Shown here: one piece after another, positions 1 through 12,332 of the stretch
How the letters are laid out: each line of letters begins with the position of its first letter
How positions within the stretch are numbered: the stretch's first letter is position 1
NCBI GenBank assembly: GCA_003427395.1
Contig: BFEA01000014.1
Location: 1,407,446-1,471,445 of the forward strand
Source: Chara braunii
Lineage: Eukaryota; Plantae; Charophyceae
Reading direction: 5' to 3'
Length of the DNA stretch: 64,000 nt
Notes under the pieces: model-generated
What the model saw: the letters and a program-made list of their open reading frames with translations, nothing else
Database searches by the model: none
What the model was told of the DNA's origin: nothing
Position numbers and translations under genes: made by a program

Positions 1-735
1 CGCGGAGTCCGGACGGACCTGCCGAAAGAGGCGCGCACTCGGGGTCCTCGATTGTCGTCGCGGTTTTCAAGAGTCCGGTGCCGCGTCCAGGTCAACGGCA
101 CGCCGGAGTATAACAATTTATAAGGAATACGACGCTATAAAGAATTACTTAGGAAGTACCCCCATTGATCGGACGCCGCGGACGACAAACCAAGGGGGAT
201 AGCCCCGCCAGGCCCTCGACCCCTCGGTTCCTTCGCGCCACTCTGATATTCCCGCATTGTCGTCGCTCGTCCTCTATCCCTGAATCTCCTTGATGAAAGC
301 CCAACGCCGTAACCAATAGCGCTAGGCCCACGTCTAGGTCTAGCGCTGGCGAACGGCCAAATGAACAGACACTACGTGACGCGCCAAGCTACCGAAACGC
401 CTTTAGAAGTCACATTATAGTCGATGTCGTCCTCCGTACGTAGGCACAGGTCACAGGTGAACACATCAATCAGCAAGACATAATCTTTTTAATCCCTATT
501 TAATCAGAAAAGAAATTCGGTCGGCGATTACGCCGACTCTCCAATCATCAACAATTAAAAGGGATCATGCGCGCCTCAAATCTGCGCGCCCACACACTCT
601 TTATTCTAGTCAACCATCCAGCCGTTGTAGACGCAGTCGCGCCTCGCGCGGTATACTTAAACTTTAAGCCAAACTATTTTTCTGTCGCTTGCAAAAACTA
701 GGGCAGATACCCTTGTAAGGGTATTCGCCCCGACA
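1..735. mobile_element. Partial LTR-like sequence (runs off the window start), related to the element at 20547-25029
   Basis: Ends in ...ATACCCTTGTAAGGGTATTCGCCCCGACA, closely matching the end of 20547-25029 (...ATACCCTTGTCAGGGGATTTGTCCTGACA). On the minus strand it begins TGTCGGGG, a Gypsy-type LTR start. No coding domains seen. Confidence 0.5.
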
Positions 736-825
736 ACAGGGGAACAGATCAATGCACGTATATCTCTCAGAGCATACTACGATTTTAGGACTTCGTAGAT
801 ATGTATATGGACACGATTGGGGTCA

Positions 826-828
<3 letters not shown>

Positions 829-902
<74 letters not shown>

Positions 903-1010
903 TGTCCTCTCCTCTCTTCTCTTCTTTTTATATCTCTCTCTCTTCGTGTCCTCTCCTCTCTTCTCTCCTTCCTCTCTCTCTCTCTCTCTTCCTGTCTTCT
1001 CTCCTCCTCT
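829..1010. repeat. (CT)n microsatellite and pyrimidine-rich tract
   Basis: Perfect CT run ~829-898, then degenerate CT-rich sequence. It generates spurious SLSL/ERER ORFs. Confidence 0.95.
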
Positions 1011-1512
1011 TCGTCCTGCTTGGCCCTCGTATAACTTTCAGATGGACTCATCTGCAATTTCTTCAAATTGTCGGGGGTATGTAAACAATCTTCCGTTCAT
1101 TATTTTTTTGTCTTTTCTCGCTTCTCTTGTTCGACCTCGCTCTTCTGTCTTGGATGGTTCTCTGTGGATCCTTGCTACCCTCTTCATCCGAATAGAACGC
1201 ATGGTACATTATAGTTATACTTTGGGCAAATTTCAGACCAGATGCTGACCGTTGGCGGTTCTTTTATTTGTTTGAAACAGGATGGCAATTTTCATACAAA
1301 CTGTTTTTTTTTTCTTTTTCTTTTGATGCTACTGTGTCTTTTTTTTTTCTTTTTTGTTTTGGGCTGGGTTTTGTGGGTCTTGAAAGGGAGAGCGCGGAAC
1401 CGCACAACCCGCGGCCGCCGTGCTAATACCGTGTTCCGCCAAACGCAATGCATCCTATCATGAGTAAATCGGGCTGGAAAGATAGCTTGAATACATTAAT
1501 TAATAATAATCA

Positions 1513-1800
1513 GGTACATTGCCTTGTGTTCGGAGGGGGAAGACTGAATTTTCCCCCAGATGCGGCTAGAATGACCGGACGTTCTCTCTTTTCCTTCGCC
1601 CCTGCTCTTCCTTGAGACTGCCGAAGTTTTTTTTTTTTTTTTTGTCTATGGTACGACAGACTGTTTTTCCTGTTTTCTTTCATTCCTCCTACCGTCTTCA
1701 CCCGAACACAATACACCCTCGTTTTCATTGTACGGGACCAGAAACGTGGCTTGCGTACATTCATAATAAGGGTGCGTTGTGTTCGGGGGAATACGGTAGG
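1513..1800. mobile_element. Tourist-like (PIF/Harbinger) MITE termini, TIR GGGTGCGTTGTGTTCGGG
   Basis: TTGTGTTCGG (~1523) and CCCGAACACAATACACCC (~1701) form an inverted pair. A further TIR lies at 1770-1791, and the motif recurs at 17576-17597 and ~48550-48810. Confidence 0.5.
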
Positions 1801-2514
1801 TCAACCTCCTCCTCTCATCCTCGCTTGTCGTAAGAAGACGCTTGAGAAAGTTGAGAGGATTCTCACAGTAGGAGTTTTTCTACTAGGCTCTGGACGTGAT
1901 TGCGGTCAGATTCATCCAGGTCTGGTCGAAATTGCAGCCAGATACGTTTAGGAAAGTGTTTGTGTGAGTCTGTCCTAAGATGACAACGGCAAGAGGCGAG
2001 AACAAAAGAGGAGACGATATGGAGGAGGAAAAGGAGGGGGGAAAATGGATATAGGCTGGGACAAGCAGGGTTTGTTTTTAAACTTTTTTGGTATTATTTT
2101 TTGGTTGTAAACTCTGCTTGGTGCATTCGGCTTACGGCCCAAAGGGAGACCCTTTGGTAATAGATGACTACAACCTTTTTTTTTTCCCCTGACCCTTAAC
2201 AATTTGGAAGCTGGGGCCAGGCTAATGTTCTCTGTATCGTTTCAATTTCTAAGGATGTCCCGAACGACTGCAGCCACTTGTTAGTGATCTTATTAGTGGA
2301 GAGTTTTTTTTTCCCTTTTTCCCCAGATGCTCCAATCTTATTAGTGAGGAGCTTTTTTTTGGGGGGGGGGGGGAGAAGCGGGGAAGGAGGAGCTCTGCCA
2401 GCGCGGTAAGCAGCAGCTTGTATGAGTTCGGTATAGACTTTGTTTTTGTCGCTTCCCCATTTTCCCAATACTCGTTTGAAACTTCGATCCACCTCCATGA
2501 AGATTCTAACAGGG

Positions 2515-2592
<78 letters not shown>

Positions 2593-2595
<3 letters not shown>

Positions 2596-2749
2596 GTCTT
2601 ACATTCGTACACTCTTGTTGTGTTCCAGAATGCATTGCTAACACATGTTGTGTTGTGGTATGTTACTATGCTGTGCTCTCTCTCTCTTTCTCTCAACCAC
2701 CTGTTTAACTACCCCAATTATGTGATGTCAGGCTAAGTTCTGCAAATGA
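2593..2749 (+). repeat. ~157-bp direct repeat, left copy (partner 16497-16653), embedded in (CT)n
   Basis: CACGTCTTACAT...GAATGCATTGCTAACACATG...AACTACCCCAATTATGTGATGTCAGGCT...TGCAAATGA is present at both loci. Confidence 0.9.
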
Positions 2750-2771
2750 GTGCGCAGGGGGGGGAGGGTCA

Positions 2772-2866
<95 letters not shown>

Positions 2867-3979
2867 GTTTTCTTTTGTCTTCTTGGGTTCATAGGATGAG
2901 ACATTTCGCTGCGACAACGATCTGTTTTGCTACCCGATTATGTGATATTAGGCACACATATGTCGTCTCCATACCAAGATATAGGCAAGATATTCTCCTG
3001 TGCAGCTGAGCGGCGGTATGACATACGCATGCGGGGGGGGAAGGGGTGTGGCGCGGAGGGGGCGGAGCCCCCCCCCCCCCCCCCTCACAGAAGGTGACTC
3101 TCTCCTTCTCTTTCCCTCTCTCTGTGTGAAGTCATTGCAACGATCACCTGTTTAGCTACCCGATTGTGTCATGTCAAGAAGGGCTATGCTACCTCCACGG
3201 CAAGATAGTAAGATGCGGACGGCGTCACGAGAAGATTCTAACAGGCATCTCTCTAGTTACCGGAGCTCTCAAGCTGTGGTCAAACGAGCTCTCAAGCTGT
3301 GGTCAAACGAGCTCTCAACCCGAGCTGTGCAACAGCTTCAGCGAGCTGACCAGCATCATGAGAGGATTCAAACCGGGGTTGGTGAAGAAAAAAAACAATG
3401 AAAATACTTTTGTACCGAGTCTTGAAAACACAAGTTCGAAAAAAAGGAAGGGGAAACGAACAAGAAAAGGAATGCAAAAATAAAGTGCTTTGTCTAGCAC
3501 GGCAGAGTAGAACGAGGTTTCAATCTCTGCAAAAAACACTAAGACGGTGTACATGTTCTCGCGTCCACAGGTCTTTAGATTACATGATCCTCCTTTTTAT
3601 TTTTATGTGCTCAACTTGTTGTTTGCATCACATGCACAAACGCCCTTCCTCAATTGTTTTTGCTAAAATACCCGTTGTGGCTGTTTGTTTGTTCTGCAGA
3701 TTGCGTCCAGTTGACAACCGTGTTCACGTTGTGTTGTCGTTCCTCAGGTACGCGTTGAAATTTTGCACTCATCTCATGCTTGTTTTTCTAAACTCTGTTC
3801 ACGTTTTCGGTCGTCAATGTCTATATCTAGGTTTGGTTTGGTAACAGATAAGTCATCGAAAATGTGTGTAAGGCGCACACATCCTTCCACTTCCCTCCTC
3901 GGCTCTTTTTGTCCTCCCTTTTTCTCTTTCTCTCTCACTCTTGCTATCATTTTCTCTGAACACCGCTTTCGTCTTCGAC

Positions 3980-4505
3980 ATCAACAGAAAAATTCCCATG
4001 AGAAATGAGAGTTGAAAAAACATTCCATAAAAAAAAAATCCTTCATATTTATAACTTATCATTCCAATGTTTGTCCAATTCTAAAATTTTCAATTTAATT
4101 TGATAAGTTCCCGTCTACATATGAGCTTTCCCTTCCAACTACATCTATTTGTTCAAGATGGAATGAAAGTCTGGACGAGTTTATGAAATGTTTTAATTAG
4201 ACTTTCATTCTATTACAACAAATATCGTTTAATTTAGATTGGATTAACCTATTTATGACTGGAAATCCTTACTTAGAATGGCAGTCCAATGAAAATATTT
4301 CATGAACTCATCCAGACTTTCATTCCATTTTTAGCATGCAGTTCAAATAAGAAGGGATACCCCATTCTTGGAAGGAAAGTTTTCAAGTAAAACGAAAAAA
4401 AAATAAATTGGAATTACATTTTTTAAGATGGAATAAGAATTTGAAATTTAAAATGTAATTTTACTATAGAATGATTATTTAATTCTGGGAAATTTTTCTG
4501 TTGAT
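3980..4505. mobile_element. AT-rich MITE (~525 bp), copy 1, inserted in the 5' region of the rolling-circle element
   Basis: TIR ATCAACAGAAAAATTCCCA / TGGGAAATTTTTCTGTTGAT. Internal inverted repeat (GATGGAATGAAAGTCTGGA.. / ..TCCAGACTTTCATTCCAT). A second copy lies in opposite orientation at 29807-30331. Confidence 0.9.
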
Positions 4506-4622
4506 CTACGCAGGCTTATTTTCGTGCTTGTTTCTTTCCTGTCCGCAAACACGGAAGAACATTCAATAAATGTTTGAGTATTTTGTCTTTTATTCGTATG
4601 TTTATATTTCTATTCAATTGGC

Positions 4623-7600
4623 ATGATGCAACCCCGCAACTTTTTACGTTTTCGCATACGCCCTAGATTAACAGGGGGAGGCCGAAAACGTGCAAAGCCT
4701 GAGACAGCCGACGACCGGGACACACGATTAGTGAAATAGAGAGCTGCGGCTCGTCTACGTAAGCTTAACAAAACAGAAGAAGCTCGACGTATACGGCTTG
4801 CACGCAATGCTGCATGGCACAAGGAAGCCCGGCGAAAGAAAAAGGAGATGGGAAACACGATTCATGATTATTCCCTGCCTCTTCTGACGACTTGCACTGT
4901 TGATTCCTTCGCGTCCTCATGTATGCCTCATGAAACCGAAACATCCATTGGTGGGCATAAAAATCATTTGCAGAAAAAAGGGCTTGCACCCCAGGCTTGC
5001 AAACTGCATGAAACCGTCTCTTTAATGTTTGTTCCTGAGCCTATTGTCAGTGTAATGTCTGGCGAACCACAATCAGGCATCTTAGTTCACACCCGCGATG
5101 CACATAACCATAAAGAGACAGGTATGTTCGTCCAATCGCTGGCCTTTGCGTGTTTACAATCACCTGCTTTAGCCGAGCAACGGCCACGACCACATGCCAG
5201 ACTGAAACATCTTGCCCGCAGAAAACATAAAGTCAGAACATTTGTACCGACGTCGCAAGAGATTGCGCACGTCCAGTCTGATACATATTCTGATAGATCT
5301 GACATGTTTTCAGTGCCTTCGTCCCCGCCTTTGTGTCGGTCGCAAATTAACATCTCTGTTTGCGAAAAATCGTGCTCGCTGTCGAAGCCAAGACATAGCA
5401 GAGTGACTGTATGTTCATCAGGTGAGCCTGTCAAGCACACGCGCCTCAAAAAATTGGCGAGGGCGCACGGTACGAACACTGCTGGCCAGGAAATTTTTAT
5501 TTCGGCCATTACAAACGACCGAAAAAGTGAAATTGCGAACCGCCTTGTCGAAAAGCTTGGGCCAGCGGGGTTGGCGGAAGTGGTCTGTTGCGTTTATGAC
5601 TGTTTTGTGTTATGCACTGACGCGTGTACATATTCGCCGCTCGAAACAGACGTTATCATTAGAATGCATGAATGCCTCGAAAACCCGGATTCCTCTGTGC
5701 ATTATGATGTGCTGCGTTACTATGACTGCTCTGATTTGTGTCCGCTGTTCCAGAGCCTTATGTTGTCCCGTCGTGGGGTGAATGTGAAAAACGATGACAA
5801 GCTTACATTCAATATCTGCATGGAATGCAATGGCGCATTGTTTAACCCTCGTCGCCACATTCGTTTGTCGAAATTCGCAATTGCCAACCACGTTTTCATC
5901 GGGGAATTACCCGCACCGCTCCAGCAAGCTACATGGCCTAAACTTCTCATGACAAGTCTCACAAACATACTAGCACAAACCAGAGTCATGCGTGGGGGAA
6001 TCCATCGTTCGATCCGTTCGCATCTTTTGGTCTTTGATGCCATTCCCGGTCCCGTGGCCATGCTTTCGCCAAAATCATGGACTAAAGATGCTTTCTATCG
6101 TATCATCCTTGCTGGTCCTTTCACAGACGCACAACTTGCTCGTGTCAGGAAGCTTCACTCCATTAAACATTGCATTGTTCATGATCTCTTGACGTTCTAT
6201 AATTCTCACAATCAACTTTACGATGGCGTTCGCTTGAACTTGACAGCGCTTAATGACATGGCTAATTTAGGCGAAGAATATGTCCCCGGGCCTGATACAG
6301 TCATTGAGCAAATGGAAGACGATGTGACGACCACTGAGGGTATCGACAATGAACAAGCAGGTTTAAATGCCCCTGCCGAAACAAGCACTGAGACAATGTA
6401 CATTGAGAGATCGGTTGTGTTTTTGCATGCGACCGCTCCTCTCGATTCCATCACAGAGAATGTCGTTGTCGACTTGTCCAATGGCATGACCAATGACTGC
6501 CCTGTTTTCACGTTGTCCAAATTTGCTAACCTTTTTGACCCGGACCTGAAAGCTAAAATGTTTCCGCATCTTTTTCCGATGGGTGCGGCCATTTTTGTGA
6601 GGTTGGAAGACATGTGCGTGTTTCTACGCAGCAATGCGCAAAACATTACTGTTTGTTGGCCTCTGGACGTTTTGCACAGTACCCATACTATATCATGGCA
6701 AGTTTCGACCGTCTCTCGCTTAACCGGGGTTACATGATGTCCAACATTACATGCAAGAGTCGCCCACGTATCCACCGCCCTATATCCGAAATCACAGCTG
6801 GCATGTTAAAAGCGGGCCTGGAAAACACATGTCGACGGCAGGCTGGCCATGACGTTCCACCAACTGACCCGGGGGTTGCACAAATGATGCATCATGTTGA
6901 GTGTGCGTCCGCGTAGGTGTGGGGAAGCAACGTCGAGCGGCGCGCATGCAGGTAAGAAGCTTTCGCGACGTGCGACCGCTTTGGCTAACCGAGTCTTTTC
7001 ATTACACTCACCCCCAACATGGACACATCATATGCCCTCGCTGCGTATGTTGGATTGCTCAACGTGGCCGACTTTTGTGATGTCTTTGTGACCGACCCGA
7101 ATGTTGGCCTAGATGATCTCAAGCAAATGTCCATGGCCGACAATGTTGCCTCAGCTAGACTCTTCGATCGTCTACAACAAACCTTTTTCGACGACGTCAT
7201 CGGGTTTGATTCTCGAACCCATAAAAGCATGGCTAGGGGGGGGGGTGTTTGGCAATGTGAAAGCCTGCTTTGGCATGGTCGAGACGCAAGGCCGTGGGAC
7301 GTTGCAGCTCCATTGTCTTGTTTGGCTCGAGAACACGCCGCCCACAACATGGCATTTTGATAATCTCCGTAATTTTAATGCCAACTTCAGCGAGCTGGTT
7401 ACATGATACACTGATAGTATCATTTCTGCACGTGCAACCTCTCTTGCTGAGTCGCTTCCTTGCTCATGTTGTTTCCATGCGTTGCCGGCTTACGTCGCAC
7501 ATCCGATTCCGTCAACAGCTCATCGCGCGCCCCCCCCAAAAAAACACGGGGCACCTACAGTGGAACCTCCGTCCGCAAAATGCATGTTCTGCAACACCCT

Positions 7601-10600
7601 CTTTAGCTCGCACCATCTTTTGAGGCAACAGTTGGTCATGGCTTCGCCGCCCCTGGAGCATAATGATCTTCATGACATGAATGAACCGCAAGGAGTGTGG
7701 GCACGCATGGTGGACGACCGGTTCCACACACATCCAGCAAGTGAGAAGCTCTTGGCAATGCCTCCAGGTCTCCCTACACTTGGCTTGACATTGCCTGCCC
7801 TTATTTATCTAGTGCAAACTCACCATTGGACACACACAACATCCTGTCTTAAGTATTCAAGGGCCAAAAAAAATCATCAAGTTTGTCGTTACCTTTTCCC
7901 AAAGATCCATTGTGATCGTACAGTTCTCCGCGACATAGGCATTGAGATTGAACGTGGTCTTGGAGACGAGTACATCAACGCGTACAATGACATTTTGTTG
8001 TTGACGTTTAAATGTAATCACGACGTTCAACCATTGTTCGGCGGTGCAGAGGCAGCGGAGAGTGTTTTTTATTCTTCTAAGTACACCATGAAAGATCAAC
8101 ATACAGTTGACTGTGCAATTGCTTTACGCTTGGCAGCGTTTGATGCGCGGCGACAGCGCGAGCTAGCGGTAGAAAAGAATGACGCACTGTCTCCGGAAGC
8201 CAAAACCCGCCACTGACTATCATCGCAGCTTTTCAACATGACAAATAAACAAGAAACAGCAGGTCCACTGTGCGCACTGTATCTTCTTCGCTAGTCGTGT
8301 GCGTACCTGAGCTACACTTACGGAACCCTGCCGCTCTATCACATGTTGAAACAACTCCAAGACGCGGACGATACTTTGTGCTCGCTGGATACATACAATA
8401 AGACATACACCGTCACTTGTCCACTCGACGACTACATGTTCCGCCCGCTAAGCCTCTCGCACCTTTGCTCACTTGCGGAGGACAGTTTTTTTCTTGAAGG
8501 TCACCCTCTCCGTATGCAAAAGAGTCTGGCGCGCCATACACAGGCTGCGATCCCTGTCGTCCCGTACTCGATGTGAATTCCGCATCGTGAGGCATGCACA
8601 GACGACGCTGCCAAAATGCGACATGCGCAATTGACATTGCTGCTTTTCAAACCATTTCGTGTTGTTCATGATTTGTTACCTCCGCATAGCACTTGGCATG
8701 ACGAGTTTGTCGCGTTTTATGAAATTATGTCGGCTTTTATGTGCGATATATATTTGCATATGCAGGATTACCACATTGCTCGTGAGCGGGCCACATAAAT
8801 GAGAAACAATGCCTACGCCGATGACCATGCCAACGATGATAGCGATGGCTTAACCACATCGTCGAATGGCAGCTCATAGAATGATACATGTCATGTTTTC
8901 CCTCCCTCAGACGACGAACAACCAGATGATGCCACTTTATCAGAGAACGAAGAGCAGGGGCCTTCCATACCAATGATCGTTGACAATGGTCAACCACTTC
9001 GTCATGCCCTAGCATCGTCGCGACTCCTGCTTGACTTGTTAGCGTCTTTTACGTTAGAAATATACAAATCCCTAATGCATAAGACCCTTCCTTCGCTGGA
9101 ACAACTACAAAAGCATCTGCATCATGATATCAAAGCATGTCTCGCATGGGCAAAAACTCCGTCTGTCCTTCCACCACAGGTCACACGTATGGAGTCTGAA
9201 TGGTCTGATTTGCCCTGCCCTACGCGTGTTCGCTTGATTGTTGACGAGCTTGACCCGCATAAATGTCTTCATTCCACAGCCCCTCTCTCGCCTGCTGACA
9301 GATCTTCCACATCGGCCTATCCGACTGTTCATGATGTGTCAGTCCAATTTTCTTTGAACGAGAAGCAATATGTGGCGTTCTCTTTGCTTGCCCGCGCTTT
9401 GCTGAACACGTGGCTGTCCCGAACCGACGCCGCCGGCGCGAATACACCACCCTCGCTTGTGCAAATGATCGACATGATAAAACAACAACAATTGCTTATG
9501 TTCCTCACAGGCGAGGGTGGCACAGGGAAATCGCACGTAGTATCTGCAATTGAAACGTTTGTCACGAGGTGGTATCATCCAAGAAGTGTAATGAAAACTG
9601 CGATGACAGGCAAGGCAGCGGTGGCTATTTAAGATATCACTTTCCATAGTTGGATCGGTATGCATAACCTTGAAGCGCACCATCGTTTCGAGCGCCGGGA
9701 CGCAGAACAAAAAGGGATTCCTCGTTTCACACCCGACTTGGCGTTACTTATAATTAACGAGTTTAGCATAGCATGATGGATAAAGAGAAATTTGTGCGTT
9801 TAGACCACGCCCTCCACAATGCACGTAAAATTGACCTCCCGTTTGGTGGTTTGCATATGCTTCCCATGGGTGATCTTTTTCAACTTCCCCCAGTTAGGGG
9901 CACGCCTGTCTGGCATGAACCAACAACTGGCCAAGCTCACACATCGTCTGATCACGAAGTATTTCACTTTTGGCGTTTATTCGACACTGTCTGTTTCCGA
10001 GCCGACCCGGAATGGGGGCGGCATTGTAAAAACGCAAGAATGGGCATACGGACAGATCAATTTATTGACATTATAAATAGCCGTTTTATTGATGAAACGA
10101 CCGACGCTCCACGGTCTTCGTCCCAAAGGTGATCAGTTCCCTGTCTTTGTGACGCCTGACAACAATGCTCGGGTCCGCCTGTCGCACAAATACACATGCA
10201 CATTGTGTGATCACCTTCTGCCAGGCCACCATCCTGTTCGTGTCATGACTGACTTTGGCAAAGCATTGGACAAACGAAACAAACAAGATATCACACATAT
10301 CATGTCCCTGCCTGACAACAAGCTCAAACGTTTCGTTGCATTCCTCGATCTCGTTCCTGGGATGCCATTGTTTTTCACGCAGAACATTGACCTAGCTCGA
10401 ATGATCGCTAACGGAACTTTTGGTTTCCTTCATTCCCTTCAATTCCCTCCACAAACCGCCTTCTCCTTAGTTCGTGATAAAAATGTTGACATCTATGTTC
10501 TTGTGTCTTCTCAACCACCGGATGTTGCATTTGTCCGTGTTCCTCGTCATGCTTCGTTTGAGAAATTCCCGTCTTCGATTCGTAGCGATCTACCTGCCGA

Positions 10601-11324
10601 CATCTACCCTGTTTTTAGGTGAAGGCCACAGAAAGCTGAACGCATTTTTCTCCCAACTCCTTCGAATGTGCCAGAAAGAATGTGTAGCTTACGGGCGCTG
10701 CAGTTCCCGTTCGTGTCAGCGATTTCTTCTAAAGTTTACAAGATTCAAGGCGACACATCATCATCGTTGGTTGTTGCAGCTTGGATAGCATCTTCTGACA
10801 AAGGCAAACGTGTGCATAACGTTCCACAACAAGGTTACATCATTGTTTCGCGTGTTGTTCACAGGTCTGCGTTTTTCGTGCTTCAAAAATTTACGAAAGA
10901 GCACGCCGCGTTTTTTGTGCCCGACCAGTTGATGTTGCTTGAACATGCACGGCTCGAGCAACTTTCATTGAACACGCTTTCAGCGAACGATACGTGGGGC
11001 CCATCATTTCCTTTGCCTCTATCTTTGAACACTCCATGCACATCGCTCTCTGTGCCGCCCATTCCTGACTCTTTGCCACATGTGAGTCATTCGCGCATAC
11101 ATCGTCATCCAGTTCCGCCCTCCGCTGCTTTCCTGTCTACAGCTTCGTCCACCACCTGCCCTTCCCCATGTTCTTCTGCTTTGCTGCCTCTTTCAATTAT
11201 GCACAGGCCCTCGTCCCGGTCTGCGTTATCCTCTGTCCCAGCTTCTCTGCATGTTCCGTCTTCACATTCTTCGGTGTCTTTGCTCCCATGGGTTCCATCA
11301 CTTAACGTGATGTTTGTACCATGA
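4623..11324 (+). pseudogene. Helitron RepHel (N-terminal DUF6570-like region, HUH Y2 Rep, PIF1-family SF1B helicase), disrupted by stops and frameshifts
   Basis: Ordered motifs across ORF fragments. N-terminal region: CMEC...KFAIANHVFIGELP. Rep: KMFPHLFP(YG); motif 1 SLFITLTPN (~6990); motif 2 VETQGRGTLQLHCLVWL (~7280); motif 3 FKCNHDVQ...FYSSKYTMK (~8010-8090). Helicase: Walker A FLTGEGGTGKS (~9500); degenerate Walker B IINEFS (~9750); PFGGLHMLPMGDLFQLPPV; GMPLFFTQNI...ANGTFG; QFPFVSAISSKVYKIQG; YIIVSRV. The frame extends upstream of 4848 to ATG 4623 through a TAG at 4737. Confidence 0.93.
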
Positions 11325-11937
11325 CCTTCACGGTTCATTTTGGCTCGGTGATGTGACAATAGGCGATTACATGGACCTTGTCATGGAGACCTTCCCTTCC
11401 GTTTTGACTGCCAACTGTTTCGTGTATGCTCATGGTGTGGCGCGGCGTGATCTTGTCTTCGCTGATCGTAACATGGATGCTCATAGACATGGACGGCCTT
11501 ACGAAACATTTGACCACTTCTTCTTGCCAATGCACGTCCATGGTAACCATTGGACGCTTGGCTACATACATTTGTGTTCGCGGACAATCTTCTTCTATAA
11601 TAGCTTCGGCTCGTCCTCGTCCACTTTCTTCCAAAACATGTCCCATTGGCTTCAAAATCGCACTAATTTCTTGCATACTCTGGTTGACATGCCGCGAATG
11701 ACCATTACCGGCCCGCTGCAGCATAACTCCTACGATTGCGGCATGTTCGTGCTTATCATGCTTCGCCATCTTTTTCTCCCCCAACCGTTCTCACATCTGC
11801 TTGATTTTGACCATCATGACATGGATTTTTACCGTTCCTTTGTTTATGATGAACTTACTACGAAAGTCCTGAAAGCCTTGATGCCTCATCCTCGCTCCAC
11901 TTTCCCAGTCCCTCCGGCTTACTCTTGTCGTTCGTAG
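11314..11937 (+). pseudogene. Ulp1/SENP-like (peptidase C48, clan CE) cysteine protease domain; probably the frameshifted C-terminus of RepHel
   Basis: Motifs WLGDVTIGDYMDL, FFLPMHVHGNHWTL (catalytic His), FFYNS (Asn at the usual Asp) and PLQHNSYDCGMFVL (Gln, Cys). It overlaps the end of the Pro/Ser-rich tail of the helicase ORF in another frame. Confidence 0.88.
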
Positions 11938-12332
11938 CTCCTTTTATGCCTTCCTTTCTTCTCTGCTTTCCTCTTTGTACACTTCTAGCAACACCGAATT
12001 CAGTTGTCGTTTAGTACGTTCTTCGCCTGGATTGCTATTATCTCTTTCTTTCATCGTTTTATTCGCTGCGCAACAACATTGTTCTCCATCTTTTTAATCA
12101 TCTTCATACATTTCTGCTTTTCACATACCCCTTGTTGTCCTCTCTGCCAATGCTTGCTCGGTTCTCTTCTGTTCAGTCTGACATATGCTGCTGCCTTCGT
12201 TCACAATGTATGCTTGCAGTGCATTACTTTCATCTCGTTGCTTAGACAACATAACTATTCTGCCTGAGGCTTTGTTCAACATCTGCTATCCATTTTGCTT
12301 ACACTCTACTTTTCCATTCTTCTTTTCAGGAC

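Noticed and set aside
752-1248. Numerous ORFs rich in SL/ER/poly-F/poly-K (here and at 2250-3000, 26100-27000, 43500-44450, 58000-58450, 61170-61510, 62470-63080)
   Set aside because: Translations of microsatellites and low-complexity DNA.
4848-6737. 629-aa ORF as a stand-alone gene
   Set aside because: It is a fragment of the disrupted RepHel; its last ~50 aa are out of frame after FPHLFP.
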